Part shown: positions 10,037 through 19,473 of the stretch, piece after piece
How the letters are laid out: each line of letters opens with the position of its first letter
Position numbering within the stretch: the stretch's first letter is position 1
From: a virus
Taxonomy: Duplodnaviria > Caudoviricetes
IMG/VR virus record: IMGVR_UViG_3300031150_000003
Coordinates: 1 to 41,054 of that record
DNA: 41,054 nt
Reading direction: 5' to 3' (one strand)
Program-made: the position numbers and the translations under genes
The notes under the pieces: model-generated
Database searches by the model: none
What the model saw: only the letters and a program-made list of their open reading frames with translations
What the model was told of the DNA's origin: nothing

Positions 10037-10611
10037 TACGTGCCTCCGAAGGGGTAGCCGGTGTACTGGCCGGGTTCGTCAATCAGGCCGGCATCGCCGC
10101 CTGGGCCGTTGCCGCCGTAGCGCTGGTAAAGGCTCGCAGCGGTCGTGAGGCCGCGGCTCGTGCCGCCCAGCAGATAGGCGTTCGCCCTGGAGGCCGCCGA
10201 GGCCTCGGCATTCACGCCGCTCGCGCGCGCAGCGGCCGCTTCCATGCGCAGGGCCCGGGCCTTCGACTCGCCCTCATAGACGGCCATCTGCGCCCGGTAG
10301 GCACCTTCGGCCTCGGCGTTGGCGAGGATGCGCACAGCGCCTGGGTCCGAGGCCCCTCCACCGCTTGCGGCCAGCACGGCTAGAGCGCGGGAGGCCACGT
10401 AGCGACCCTGGCGCTTCGCTTCCGCGGCCTGGCGCTGGGCGATGGCGATCGCCGTGCCGGCGTTCTGCTCTTGCTGCTGGGCCTGGAATTCGAGCATGGC
10501 GCGAGCGGATTCGCCTTCCTCCTTGGCGCCGGCCGCGCCCATGAAGCCGCCGATCATTTGGAGGAGACCAGCTCCTGCCTGCAGCCACTGGATGTTGCCG
10601 ATGCTAGCCAT
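10036..10611 (-). CDS. Internal virion protein (T7 gp14-like position)
   Basis: 191 aa, Ala/Gly/Gln-rich, hydrophobic N-terminus, AASGG motif. Directly follows tail tubular B. Confidence 0.7.
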   Translation of the reverse strand: MASIGNIQWLQAGAGLLQMIGGFMGAAGAKEEGESARAMLEFQAQQQEQNAGTAIAIAQRQAAEAKRQGRYVASRALAVLAASGGGASDPGAVRILANAEAEGAYRAQMAVYEGESKARALRMEAAAARASGVNAEASAASRANAYLLGGTSRGLTTAASLYQRYGGNGPGGDAGLIDEPGQYTGYPFGGT

Positions 10612-13330
10612 GGTGTTCGAGCTCCGCGAGGGCCGCGAGCACGGTTACCGGCCGCGGCGCTTTCGCCAGCAGGCACAGTCGGGCGTCAGCCGACCAGCCG
10701 CCTGGCATGGTGATCTTCTCGGTCACGTAGTCGGTGTGCACGGCGTCGACGTTCACGTCGGTGCCGTCCTTCGTGAGGGGAAGGTTGTTCATTTCCGACT
10801 CGGTCAGGCTGTGGCCGTACTTGATCCCTTGCGCGTGCACGTCGGCGAGGATCAGCGCGAGGCCCTTCAGCATCTGGGTGTCGGTCAGGCTGCCTCCGGC
10901 CTGCTGCATGAGTTCAACGAGCTTCGCCGACTTGTAGCTCGCGCTATAGGCGAGGCCTACGACGTAGTTCGTTACGGTCGCGGTAAGTGTGGCCTGCCCG
11001 CTTCCGTTGAGGGTGTAGATCTGGGTGCCGTCCGTGTCGGTTCCCACATCCTCGCCGTCGGCCCAGACCACGACTTCTTCGCCGGCAAGGTGTGCGGCCG
11101 TGATGGTGGCGGTTGCTACGCCGGTGTAGGTGACGAAACTGTCAGCGAGTTTGCAGAGTTGCGCGTCGCCGCGGCACTCGGATTCGAGCGCCCATTTCTC
11201 GAGGTAGCGCACGGTCGCCGCGTTGATCGTGCGCTTCACGCTGTAGTAGACCGAGTCCTCCTCGTCGGCCGCGTCGGCGCCGAGCACGCACACGTCCTCG
11301 ATGTCGCCATCGGTTTCGACTTCGCTCCAGCAGAGCACCTGCTCGACCTTGTCGTAGGTCAACAACGCGGCCGTTCCGTCCGAGCGCACGAAGTGGATCC
11401 GGGTGTCCGGTTGTCGCTGCACGGCCATGGCGACGATCTGCGGGCTGCCGATGTCGGGCACGAGCGCCGACAGGTTGGTCGAGGCGTAGTCGAGCGACTC
11501 GCCGTTGAATGCCAGTTCGTAGACCCGGCTGCCGCCGCGCTGCACGTAGACCGCCCGGTCGTCGATCGCCACGGCCTGGACCGCCGCCGAGCCCTGCGTG
11601 CTCGCCTTCTTCGGGTTGAAGTTGGTCGGCGTCAGTGGCTCGTCCAGCGAGCTTGACCTGCAGGAGATCTCGGCCGCCTCGCCGCCCAGGATCAAGCGGC
11701 CGATGGCGATCATCCATTGAATCGTGTCCACGGGCCCTGAGCCGATCGATCGCTGGATCGGGCCGGCGTCGCCTTCGAATTCCGGGTCGAAGCCATCGAA
11801 TGCGTCCGAGATCGACCCCAGGAACTGGTCCTTTCCAGACCAGCACATGCGGCCCTCGGCAAGCGCCACCGCGCTAGGCCAGCCGAGGCGGTCGGACCAG
11901 ACGCCCTCGGCCCAGATGTCGGTCGCGGCCGTGTCGCCGAGGTCCGTGATTACTTCTGCCGAGACCGAGGTCGCGCTCGAGAAGGCGGTCAGGCGCACGA
12001 CGCCCGTGATCGATCCCAGAGCGTAGTCGAGCGTCATGTCGACCGACCCGGCCACGTAGTCGCCGGTCTTGATGCCGAGGCGGTACCAGGCGATCTGGTT
12101 GTCCAGGCCGTCGTCGTATGTGATCGTCTGGTCGGTCGTGTAGGTCGTCACGTCCTCCCATGGCCCGGTGTCCGACTCGAGGCTCCTCTGCAGCGTCACC
12201 GTGGATCCGGTCGCCGTCAGATCGACGATGATGAGCGAGAAAACGCGAGATGCGTCGACGCCGGTCACGCGGATCGCGCTCGTGAAGGTGTTCTGCGCCG
12301 CCGTGTTCAGGGCCTCGACGCGCTGGCCGTCGGATGTGATGGAGAGCAGCGCGCCGGCGTTATTCGTGCTCGGCGCCATGGTCGACTTGAAAAGCGCCGA
12401 GGATGCCGTCAGGGTGATGTTGCCGGAGAGCGCGCTCGGCGTGATCGTGATCGGCCCGATATTCTCGGTTCTGAAGGGGCCGTCGGTCGGCAGGTACTGG
12501 ACGACCGACCACGACGTGGTCGAGCGGCGCTCGATCTTGCGCTGGGTGTAGCCGGCGCAGGCGCAGAAGATGATGTCTCCGGATTGGTCGTACCGGACCT
12601 TGCGCAGGTCTGCCTCGACCCACGGCGTGGGCAGCGTCATCACGCCGGATGCCTCGACGGCGACCGAGTCGACCAGCACCTGGCGCTTCAGCCTGCTCAT
12701 GAAGCGGATGCGGAAGCCGCCGGTCGGCGTGAAGGTGAGCGAGTGCGTGCCGGTGGCGAGTTCCGTCTCGGTGATGTACTCATCGCCCCCGGCGGTCGAT
12801 CCGACCCGCAGGATCACGGGCCCGCGCTGGATGATGATGCGCAGGGCGTGCTCGTCGCCCTGGTCGGCCGCTGCGACGGTCACGGTCTGGTCGCGGATCG
12901 CGGCGGCCGTGCCGTTGCCGGTCAGGCCCATGTAGCCGCCAGTGACCCAGGCCGACGTGCCGCCCGTTTCGTCGCTGTCGGTCCAGCTATTCAGGTTCGT
13001 GGTGAATGTTCCGTTCGCCACGGCGCTCGAGACGCTGCCTCTGGTGACCAGCGCGTCGTCGATGCGCACGCGCATGAGGCTCGCCGTCAGCTCGAGCTGG
13101 GCCTTGTCGGATGCCGAGAATTCGAACGGAATGTAGCGGGCGAAGGCGTTGCCGTAGCTCGCGCCGATGTAGCCCAGGCCCGGCCTGATCATCATCGAGC
13201 CCAGCACACGCGAGACCCAGTTGGTCTGCGTCTCGGCCGCCATGGCGAGGCGCTTGATGTCGGCGCGGGCGAGCCCGAGGCGCGAGACGAGTCCTCGGTT
13301 GAAGGCCAGTTTGGCGACTCGGGTGCGCAT
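10604..13330 (-). CDS. Tail tubular protein B (nozzle, T7 gp12-like)
   Basis: 908 aa, beta-rich, N-terminal FNRGLVS...R motif, GWPSAV..EGR motif. Synteny after tail tubular A. Confidence 0.85.
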   Translation of the reverse strand: MRTRVAKLAFNRGLVSRLGLARADIKRLAMAAETQTNWVSRVLGSMMIRPGLGYIGASYGNAFARYIPFEFSASDKAQLELTASLMRVRIDDALVTRGSVSSAVANGTFTTNLNSWTDSDETGGTSAWVTGGYMGLTGNGTAAAIRDQTVTVAAADQGDEHALRIIIQRGPVILRVGSTAGGDEYITETELATGTHSLTFTPTGGFRIRFMSRLKRQVLVDSVAVEASGVMTLPTPWVEADLRKVRYDQSGDIIFCACAGYTQRKIERRSTTSWSVVQYLPTDGPFRTENIGPITITPSALSGNITLTASSALFKSTMAPSTNNAGALLSITSDGQRVEALNTAAQNTFTSAIRVTGVDASRVFSLIIVDLTATGSTVTLQRSLESDTGPWEDVTTYTTDQTITYDDGLDNQIAWYRLGIKTGDYVAGSVDMTLDYALGSITGVVRLTAFSSATSVSAEVITDLGDTAATDIWAEGVWSDRLGWPSAVALAEGRMCWSGKDQFLGSISDAFDGFDPEFEGDAGPIQRSIGSGPVDTIQWMIAIGRLILGGEAAEISCRSSSLDEPLTPTNFNPKKASTQGSAAVQAVAIDDRAVYVQRGGSRVYELAFNGESLDYASTNLSALVPDIGSPQIVAMAVQRQPDTRIHFVRSDGTAALLTYDKVEQVLCWSEVETDGDIEDVCVLGADAADEEDSVYYSVKRTINAATVRYLEKWALESECRGDAQLCKLADSFVTYTGVATATITAAHLAGEEVVVWADGEDVGTDTDGTQIYTLNGSGQATLTATVTNYVVGLAYSASYKSAKLVELMQQAGGSLTDTQMLKGLALILADVHAQGIKYGHSLTESEMNNLPLTKDGTDVNVDAVHTDYVTEKITMPGGWSADARLCLLAKAPRPVTVLAALAELEHHG

Positions 13331-13336
13331 GCGGCG

Positions 13337-13999
13337 CTACCCGATCAGGCTGTTGGGGTTGCCTCCGTCCCTGAAGCCGCGCCTGGCGCCTGCGTGGCGC
13401 GCGGCGGCCCAAGTGCCCCGGGTTGGGAAGGTGGCGGGCTGCGTCATCGCGGCCCTGTTCTTCGCCACGGCAAGTGCGCGGGCGAGCACGCCACTGGTGG
13501 GGTGCACGATGTCCTCGACCTTCTCGCTGCCGCCCGGGAGCTTTCGCACAATCTTGCTGGCGAAGTAGGCCTTCACGTACTCGGTGAAGGTCGCCGGCCA
13601 CTTGGCGTAGTCCATGCCGTAGCTGTCGTCGTCCGAGACGTACTTCACGAACATCTCGTCCTGGTCGGCAAACCAGTAGGCGACTTCGTCGGCGTACTGC
13701 GTCAGCGGGCTGCGGTGGTACTCGTCGTAGAACACGCCGCTCGTCGAGACCCAGTCGGTGGGCTTATCGAAGGCGCGCTGGAATCCCCAGTCCGGCGCGA
13801 TCGCCGGGTTGTAGTCGAGGCGGCTGGAGCGCATGGCGAAGTGCCATTGCGCCTGCTCGAGGCAGTAGCGCACGCCGCCGTCGTTCCATATCTCGTCGAG
13901 CAGGTAGCGCGGCTCGCGCGCCTCCGAGAGCGAGGCGAGGCGCGTGTCCGAACAGATGAGGAGCGCGCCGTTGTAGATCTTCAGGCGCGTCGTGGCCAC
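13337..13999 (-). CDS. Tail tubular protein A (adaptor, T7 gp11-like)
   Basis: 220 aa; IYNGAL, WHFAM and F.KP.DW motifs; synteny. Confidence 0.8.
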   Translation of the reverse strand: MATTRLKIYNGALLICSDTRLASLSEAREPRYLLDEIWNDGGVRYCLEQAQWHFAMRSSRLDYNPAIAPDWGFQRAFDKPTDWVSTSGVFYDEYHRSPLTQYADEVAYWFADQDEMFVKYVSDDDSYGMDYAKWPATFTEYVKAYFASKIVRKLPGGSEKVEDIVHPTSGVLARALAVAKNRAAMTQPATFPTRGTWAAARHAGARRGFRDGGNPNSLIG

Positions 14000-14009
14000 G
14001 TGGCCCCTC

Positions 14010-14525
14010 TCAGGCCGCTACGGCTTCTGGCTTCGCCATCGCGGGCGCACCTATCTGCCCGCGGGCGTGGGCTTCGAGCCAGGCGATGGCGGCGTCCTTC
14101 TCGGCGATCTGCTCCTGCACGACCTGGCGGTCGAGCTTGCGGATGACATGCCACTTCTGGCCCTGGTTGAAGCGGACTTCGTGGGCCTTCACGACGGCCC
14201 GGACTTCGGCCTCGCTCGCCTGCGTCATGGCCACGTCGGCCGTGGTCAGGCGGTGGAGCGCCAGCTGGTGCACCTTCGCCCAGGTGCGCGAGCAGTCAAG
14301 AACGACGTAATAGGCGAGCCAGGTGCCGTCCTCGGCCCGGGCCCGGATCTCGTCGAAGGGCCGCAGCTTCACGCCGTGATGCGACCAGAATTCGGGCTGC
14401 AGCAACTGCTCGGGCGTCACGCCCTGCGGGATCATGGCGTCGTGGCGCGTGCTCGCGTAGTCGAGCGCCTGCAGGGAGTTCGGTGGTAGCTGGACCTGCT
14501 GCTGGTTGGTGTTCGGTGCGTCCAT
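14010..14525 (-). CDS. Hypothetical protein (virion module)
   Basis: 171 aa ORF with GAGGAGG RBS, between capsid decoration and tail genes. Confidence 0.75.
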   Translation of the reverse strand: MDAPNTNQQQVQLPPNSLQALDYASTRHDAMIPQGVTPEQLLQPEFWSHHGVKLRPFDEIRARAEDGTWLAYYVVLDCSRTWAKVHQLALHRLTTADVAMTQASEAEVRAVVKAHEVRFNQGQKWHVIRKLDRQVVQEQIAEKDAAIAWLEAHARGQIGAPAMAKPEAVAA

Positions 14526-14568
14526 GGTGATCCTCCTCGATCGGTTGTCGGTGTGCTGCGGTACTGCC

Positions 14569-14590
14569 GGCGGGGCCCGGAGGCCCCGCC
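14569..14590 (-). terminator. GC-rich stem-loop after the capsid/decoration genes (stabiliser or weak terminator)
   Basis: GGCGGGGCC-UCCG-GGCCCCGCC: 9-bp stem with a cUNCGg tetraloop. No U-tract follows. Confidence 0.45.
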
Positions 14591-14614
14591 TTCATGCCGA
14601 TGCTGCAGCGCCTT

Positions 14615-14953
14615 TCAGCGCGTCGAGCTGACGAATCCGCCCGAGGAGGCGATCGCCGCCCCAGCGGTTGTCACCGCCCCCAAAACGCCCATGTAGACCG
14701 AGACCGAGCTGCCGGTGTCGATCGCACCCATGACGAGGTCGCCCTCTTTCATGCCGATGTAGTAGGCGTCGAGGAAGTAGGCCGCCGAGGTCATCTCGGT
14801 CGCGCCGTCGGTCGTGTTGTAGAGCCAGAGGCCCTGCCCACGTACCTTGGACGACGAGATCACGCTCGTGCTGCGCTGGCCCCACATGTTCGCCCCGATG
14901 TTCCTGGGCGGGTTCTGCTTGCTGCTCAGTTCCGTGCTGCCTTGGTAGGCCAT
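14615..14953 (-). CDS. Putative capsid decoration/cement protein, Ser/Thr-rich
   Basis: 112 aa directly after the major capsid gene, AAGGAGG RBS, about 23% Ser+Thr by hand count. Confidence 0.7.
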   Translation of the reverse strand: MAYQGSTELSSKQNPPRNIGANMWGQRSTSVISSSKVRGQGLWLYNTTDGATEMTSAAYFLDAYYIGMKEGDLVMGAIDTGSSVSVYMGVLGAVTTAGAAIASSGGFVSSTR

Positions 14954-15026
14954 CTTGGCCTCCTTTGATGTTTGACCCGGATGCCTGGCCGGCTGCTTCC
15001 CGGCTCAGGCTAGCAGGCCCGCTCGG

Positions 15027-15878
15027 TTAGCCGTAGGTGGTGCCGTCCGTGGTGATCACGACCACGCCCGCGTTTTGCAGAAGCAGCGCGCCCATGAAGC
15101 AGCTCGCCCTCGCGTAGGTGTAGTCCTGCTCGTCGTTGTAGCCGACTGCCGTGGACATTCCGCCGACGTTGGCCGCATGGCCGACTGCGTCCTTGTGGTA
15201 CAGGAACGACTTCTCCGAAGCGCCGGCCTTACCCGGCAGATCCGGGTGCTCGATGATCAGGCAGTTCCTCCACCTGTAGGCCATCGGCTTGTCGCGCCAG
15301 CTCGGGTTCTGGTCGCTGCCGGCGTAGGGCCGGACTTCCACGTACTCGGCGTTCGAGAATTCCGGCGCCTGCTCGAGGAAGGCCAGAAACGACGGCTGGC
15401 AGGTCAGGGTGATGTTCGAGTCCCATGGCACGCTCGCGTTCGAGAGTTTCACGCGCGCGTTCTGGAACAGGCTCACCGTCGGCGTCGCCGAGGCCGCGCC
15501 CACCGTCACCGTCCCGGTGTTCAGGATGGTCACGATCTGGCTGTCGGTCTTGCGGTTCATCACCCCAATCGACGTGCGCTGCATCAGCGAGCGCTGGTTG
15601 CCCTGGCTGGCGAAGATGTTGAATCCGGTCTTGCGCACGAGGTCGTGCCACTCACCCAGCGTGACCGTGTTCTGCGTGTTGTCGTCCGAGCGGCTGGGGA
15701 TCATGCCGTTCGCGCCGCGCGTCACCGCAGCTGCGCCGCCGGATCCTGCCACGAGGAACACGGCCTGGTTTCCCTTGATCACGGCGTCTGTCGTCACCGT
15801 CTCGCGCAGCAAGGATTGCTGCGTCTCGTAGGCGGCGATGATTTCGTCGCGGTACTGTGTTTGGTATGCGGTGTCCAT
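15027..15878 (-). CDS. Major capsid protein
   Basis: 283 aa, MDTAYQTQYRDE...SLLRETVT N-terminus, AAGGAG RBS, follows the scaffold gene. Confidence 0.85.
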   Translation of the reverse strand: MDTAYQTQYRDEIIAAYETQQSLLRETVTTDAVIKGNQAVFLVAGSGGAAAVTRGANGMIPSRSDDNTQNTVTLGEWHDLVRKTGFNIFASQGNQRSLMQRTSIGVMNRKTDSQIVTILNTGTVTVGAASATPTVSLFQNARVKLSNASVPWDSNITLTCQPSFLAFLEQAPEFSNAEYVEVRPYAGSDQNPSWRDKPMAYRWRNCLIIEHPDLPGKAGASEKSFLYHKDAVGHAANVGGMSTAVGYNDEQDYTYARASCFMGALLLQNAGVVVITTDGTTYG

Positions 15879-16050
15879 GATGGACTCCTTTCGCTAAGTC
15901 GATTTGTCGACCTTCGCTCGGGTTGTCCGTCACGGCTGGTGGCAGGGTTGCCCTCTGCGGGGCCTGTTGCCAGCGGTCCGGGGCCGCGCTACGGTGCCCG
16001 TTTCCGCCCGAGGGGCCGGCGGTCCTCACCACCGGGTTGCCCTTCAGTTG
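15879..16050 (-). ncRNA. Putative structured cis-regulatory 5' leader of the major capsid mRNA
   Basis: Non-coding gap with nested stems, three copies of a GGCCCC / GG(G/A)CAACCC pairing module, and a GUCGA-CAAA-UCGAC hairpin before the RBS. Confidence 0.55.
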
Positions 16051-16055
16051 TCGCG

Positions 16056-16084
16056 TTTATACACCCGCTCGCGCGGGCGCACAA
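16056..16084 (-). promoter_or_regulatory. Putative late promoter for capsid genes
   Basis: TTGTGC-N17-TATAAA. Shares ACTTGTGCGC with the promoter at 25505-25533. Confidence 0.55.
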
Positions 16085-16091
16085 GTGCAGC

Positions 16092-17018
16092 CTACGCCGC
16101 CTGCCCGCTCCTCGCCGCCATCTTGCCCTTGGCCTCGATCAGCTGGCGGTAGCGCGCCTCGCCGCCCTCCTCCCAGTATTTCTTCGACTCAGGGCTGCCT
16201 CGCGGCGCCCCCATCTGCTTCTTGAGTTCAGCGATCTCTGCGTCGATCGTCTTGCCCAGGTCGCCGCCCGTGTTCGGCACCACGGTCGATGCCGGGTTGA
16301 TCTCGCGCTCGATCTGGACGAGCCACTTCCATGCGTCCGGGCTCGCCCTGATCGGCGTGCGGTCGGCCAGATACCCGTTCATGAAGCGGTCGCGAAAGCC
16401 TGCAGGCGCGCGGGCGAGCAGCGCCTCGGCCATGTTCTTGTTCACCCGGTAGTCGTTGCCCCAGTCCTTGCGGAGTGCGTCCTCGGCGGCCGTCTCGGCT
16501 GCCTTTTCGGCGGCCGTCATCGCCTGCTCTTGGCGATCGACTTCGGCGTAGAAGGAGCGGACTGCGTTGTCGACCTGGGCCTGGGTGTAGTTCGCCTCGT
16601 GGGCCGACTTCTTGAACGAGGCGAGGAAGGCGTCGTCCTCGGCCGGGGGCTTACGCCCTTCAGGCAGCGTGATCTTGTAGTCCTCGGGCTTGGTCGGGAT
16701 GCCGGCCTCGGCCCGCCAGCGGGCCTGCTCCTCGGGCGTGGCGTCCTTCGCCAGCACGGGCTTGAGTTCCCCCCGCGACATGCGGGACTCGAGCTCGCGG
16801 TAGCTGCGGTAGACGTTCTCCGGTCCCTGGAAGCGCTCGAGGCGCTTCAGTTCCTCGGCGTCGCCGCCGGCCAGGCGCTGCCGCCAGTCGTCACCCCAGC
16901 CGCTGGCTGCCGCGCCGGTGCTACCGCCTGCGCCGCCCTGGTAGCCGCCGCCTCCTGTTGATCCGCCTGCGCCAGTGCTGCCACCACCGCCGCCACCTGT
17001 CGATGCCTGCGTGCTCAT
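16092..17018 (-). CDS. Capsid assembly scaffolding protein
   Basis: 308 aa, Gly-rich N-terminus, charged helical body, GIPTKPEDY and LRKDWGNDY motifs. Lies between portal and capsid. Confidence 0.8.
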   Translation of the reverse strand: MSTQASTGGGGGGSTGAGGSTGGGGYQGGAGGSTGAAASGWGDDWRQRLAGGDAEELKRLERFQGPENVYRSYRELESRMSRGELKPVLAKDATPEEQARWRAEAGIPTKPEDYKITLPEGRKPPAEDDAFLASFKKSAHEANYTQAQVDNAVRSFYAEVDRQEQAMTAAEKAAETAAEDALRKDWGNDYRVNKNMAEALLARAPAGFRDRFMNGYLADRTPIRASPDAWKWLVQIEREINPASTVVPNTGGDLGKTIDAEIAELKKQMGAPRGSPESKKYWEEGGEARYRQLIEAKGKMAARSGQAA

Positions 17019-17332
17019 GTGCTCCCCCTCTCAAGTAGGCCAATTTTCAGTTTGATTGCCTTCACGATCTGCTGGCCGACGAACTGTCGGCCCAGCGCGA
17101 AGATGGTATCCCGGTCGCCTTCTGCGCCCCCTGGCCGGTAGGCTAGGTCGTAGGTCCGCGCCGCCTGGAGGACGATCCAGTCGAGAGCGCGGCGCTGTTG
17201 GTCGGCGCTGGCCGTGCCCTTGGCGAGAGCCTGGAGCGCGGCTGCATCTGCGGACTCGACGTGGGGCGGCTTCCACGGGGCGTGATCGGCGAGGGCCTGC
17301 CGGTCTGTCTTTCCAGGTCGCGGTATGCCCAT
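17015..17332 (-). CDS. Conserved phage protein (Bbp19-like position)
   Basis: 105 aa; T.FALGRQFVGQQI motif typical of the small gene after T7-type portals. Confidence 0.7.
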   Translation of the reverse strand: MGIPRPGKTDRQALADHAPWKPPHVESADAAALQALAKGTASADQQRRALDWIVLQAARTYDLAYRPGGAEGDRDTIFALGRQFVGQQIVKAIKLKIGLLERGST

Positions 17333-17335
17333 GCG

Positions 17336-18979
17336 TTATGCGGGAGCTGCGGCATTGGCGGCGGCCATGTCCTTCCGAGCGGTGCCCAGGGTGGCCGCGA
17401 CGTCGGCGCCCTGCTGCAGGGTCGCCAGCATCTGCTGCTGCGCCATCTGGTCGGCCTTCTTGCGGGCGAGCTCGTCCACGTCGGTTTCGGTGCGCATCCA
17501 CTTCGCCGGCACGCGGATGCCCTGCGCCACGTCGCGCAGGATGATGGAGGCATCTGGGATGTTCGCCACGTTCTGGTCGAGCGCCACGGCCTCGGCCACG
17601 ATCTGCTTGAACTCGAGGAACTTGACGCCCTTCTGGGCGTCGATGGCGTCGTGCAGCGGCGACTCGAATCGGAAGTCCACGTCGATGTTCTTCAGCGGCG
17701 CCGGGATCTCCATGGGCGATCCGAAGCCGCCGTTGCGGTACAGGATGTCGAAGGTTTCCTCGCAGAGCGCGCCGTTGTACTCGCTCTCCATGGGCTCGAA
17801 GAGCGGCAGCGCACCGCGGATGTACTCCTGCACGATCTGGCCTGCCTGGAATGCCGTCATCTGCGGGTCGGTCGCTGGGTTGAAGGCGCGCAGCTTATTC
17901 AGGAAAAAGCACTGCGACAGGACCGCGCGGCTGTCCTTCACGAGTTCCAGTGAGATCGGCAGGCCCTTCACGTCGATGTTCATGGCGCGCAGGGCTTCGC
18001 CCAAGCGCTCGTCGTACTCCATGTCCACCCACGTCACGCCGCCCGGGAACTGCTGCATGTCCGACTTCACCACGTCCTTCGTGGCGATCAGCGGTGGGTT
18101 GACGGCCTTCTCTCCTGCCTCGAGCAGGGTGAGTGTCATCGCCTGCAGGAGGCGCCCCTCGGGCAGCGCGGCCACGGTCGCCGGGCTGTAGGCGTACTGG
18201 CTGCCCGCCACAGTCGCCCACCGCGGGATGATGTAGACGCGGCCCCAGATCGGCGTCTGCTCGATCGTCTTGTTGTGCTCGCAGTCGTAGTAGAGCGAGA
18301 CGCGGGGCTTGCCGCGGCCGTCGGCGTCGGCGAGTTCCGCGTCGCAGACGATGTGCATCACGTTGATCTCGTGGAACGGGTCTTTCGACAGCTTGTTGAT
18401 GATCTTCTGGTCGAGTTCGGCTTTCGGGAAGAGCGAGCGCAGGTCGGTGATGGCGACCTTCCACCTGCGCGCGACGAAGTCGATCTTGCCGTCCTGGTTC
18501 TCGCGCCATGCGACGTCCTTCAGGTGCCAGGTCTGGTAGAGCAGGGCGTCGCGGAAGCGATTCAGTTGCGCACTGATCACGGCCTGACCGAAGGTGGCGA
18601 AGTCGTGGTCGCCTTGCTTGGTCGCCTTGTTGAACATCGCCTTGCCGTCGTACATGGCGCGGCGCATCGTGCCTTCGGCCCACTGCAGCCAGCGCTGGGA
18701 GGCGTTGTCGCTAATCTTCACGTCCCGCGGCACCATGTGGAACCAGGGCTTCTGCGTTGGGCGCAGCATCACGCCGATCTGGTCGCCGAGGTCGCGCCGG
18801 CATAGGAGCGGGTAGCTGGTGGTGAGGTTCGCTGCGAAGTCCTCGCCCAGCGAGCGCGTGGCGGTGAAGTCCGCGCGCTCGGGATAGAAGTTCTCGGCCT
18901 GCTCCTGCCACAAGGAGAGCAGGGACCCCCTCTTTGCGAAGAGGTTGTCGGCGAGCTCGCGGAGTTGCTTCGGGGTCAT
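17336..18979 (-). CDS. Portal (head-tail connector) protein
   Basis: 547 aa; PWF, YIIPRW...YAYSP, NPPL and MTAFQ motifs of the T7 gp8-type connector. Confidence 0.92.
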   Translation of the reverse strand: MTPKQLRELADNLFAKRGSLLSLWQEQAENFYPERADFTATRSLGEDFAANLTTSYPLLCRRDLGDQIGVMLRPTQKPWFHMVPRDVKISDNASQRWLQWAEGTMRRAMYDGKAMFNKATKQGDHDFATFGQAVISAQLNRFRDALLYQTWHLKDVAWRENQDGKIDFVARRWKVAITDLRSLFPKAELDQKIINKLSKDPFHEINVMHIVCDAELADADGRGKPRVSLYYDCEHNKTIEQTPIWGRVYIIPRWATVAGSQYAYSPATVAALPEGRLLQAMTLTLLEAGEKAVNPPLIATKDVVKSDMQQFPGGVTWVDMEYDERLGEALRAMNIDVKGLPISLELVKDSRAVLSQCFFLNKLRAFNPATDPQMTAFQAGQIVQEYIRGALPLFEPMESEYNGALCEETFDILYRNGGFGSPMEIPAPLKNIDVDFRFESPLHDAIDAQKGVKFLEFKQIVAEAVALDQNVANIPDASIILRDVAQGIRVPAKWMRTETDVDELARKKADQMAQQQMLATLQQGADVAATLGTARKDMAAANAAAPA

Positions 18980-19215
18980 TGGACCTGAGCGCCTCCTACG
19001 CGATCGACGCCAGCGGGCATCGGGATCTTGATATGGGTCAACGTTTCAGGGTGGCAGCGTGGCGATCTGCTTTCGTGATCGGCGCACAGCGCGATGATGC
19101 AGACCTTCTCCATCCACTGTATGACATCCTCGGCGTCGCGCGCTGGCACCTGCACTTCCTGATTCAGAATGCCGCACTGCTCGCACGAGTACAGCACGCC
19201 GATCGTCTGGTTCAT
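18976..19215 (-). CDS. Hypothetical Cys-rich (possible Zn-binding) protein
   Basis: 79 aa, CEQC plus further C/H residues, ATGA overlaps at both ends. Confidence 0.6.
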   Translation of the reverse strand: MNQTIGVLYSCEQCGILNQEVQVPARDAEDVIQWMEKVCIIALCADHESRSPRCHPETLTHIKIPMPAGVDRVGGAQVQ

Positions 19216-19454
19216 CCGCCGAGCGCGTCGCCGCCGGTGTCGGTCAGGATGGTGCTTTGCCGCCCGCGGCGGCCCAGCTGCGCCGAGATCGAGCGGCGCC
19301 TGGCTTTCTTCAGCGCTTCTTCATCCGGCATCGGGGTGGCTGGCTCGACCGGAGGTGGTGCAGCCGCGTCGGGTTTGTTGAGGGCGCCCATCAGCGCGGA
19401 TCCGCCGGAGAGCACGGCGCCGATTGCGGTCAGGGTGACTGGATCGATGCCCAT
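19212..19454 (-). CDS. Small virion-associated protein upstream of the portal
   Basis: 80 aa, MGIDPVTL...PPP...RRGRQSTILT...LGG. AAGGAG RBS before ATG 19454; the ORF-track start is too long. Confidence 0.7.
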   Translation of the reverse strand: MGIDPVTLTAIGAVLSGGSALMGALNKPDAAAPPPVEPATPMPDEEALKKARRRSISAQLGRRGRQSTILTDTGGDALGG

Positions 19455-19473
19455 GGCTGTCTCCTTTTTCTTC

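Noticed and set aside
14977-15010. Hairpin between the capsid and decoration genes as a terminator
   Set aside because: Imperfect stem with no U-tract; at most an mRNA-stabilising structure.
15879-16050. HDV-like ribozyme in the capsid leader (GGGCAAC similarity)
   Set aside because: I could not build the nested double-pseudoknot; simple repeated internal-loop stems explain the sequence better.
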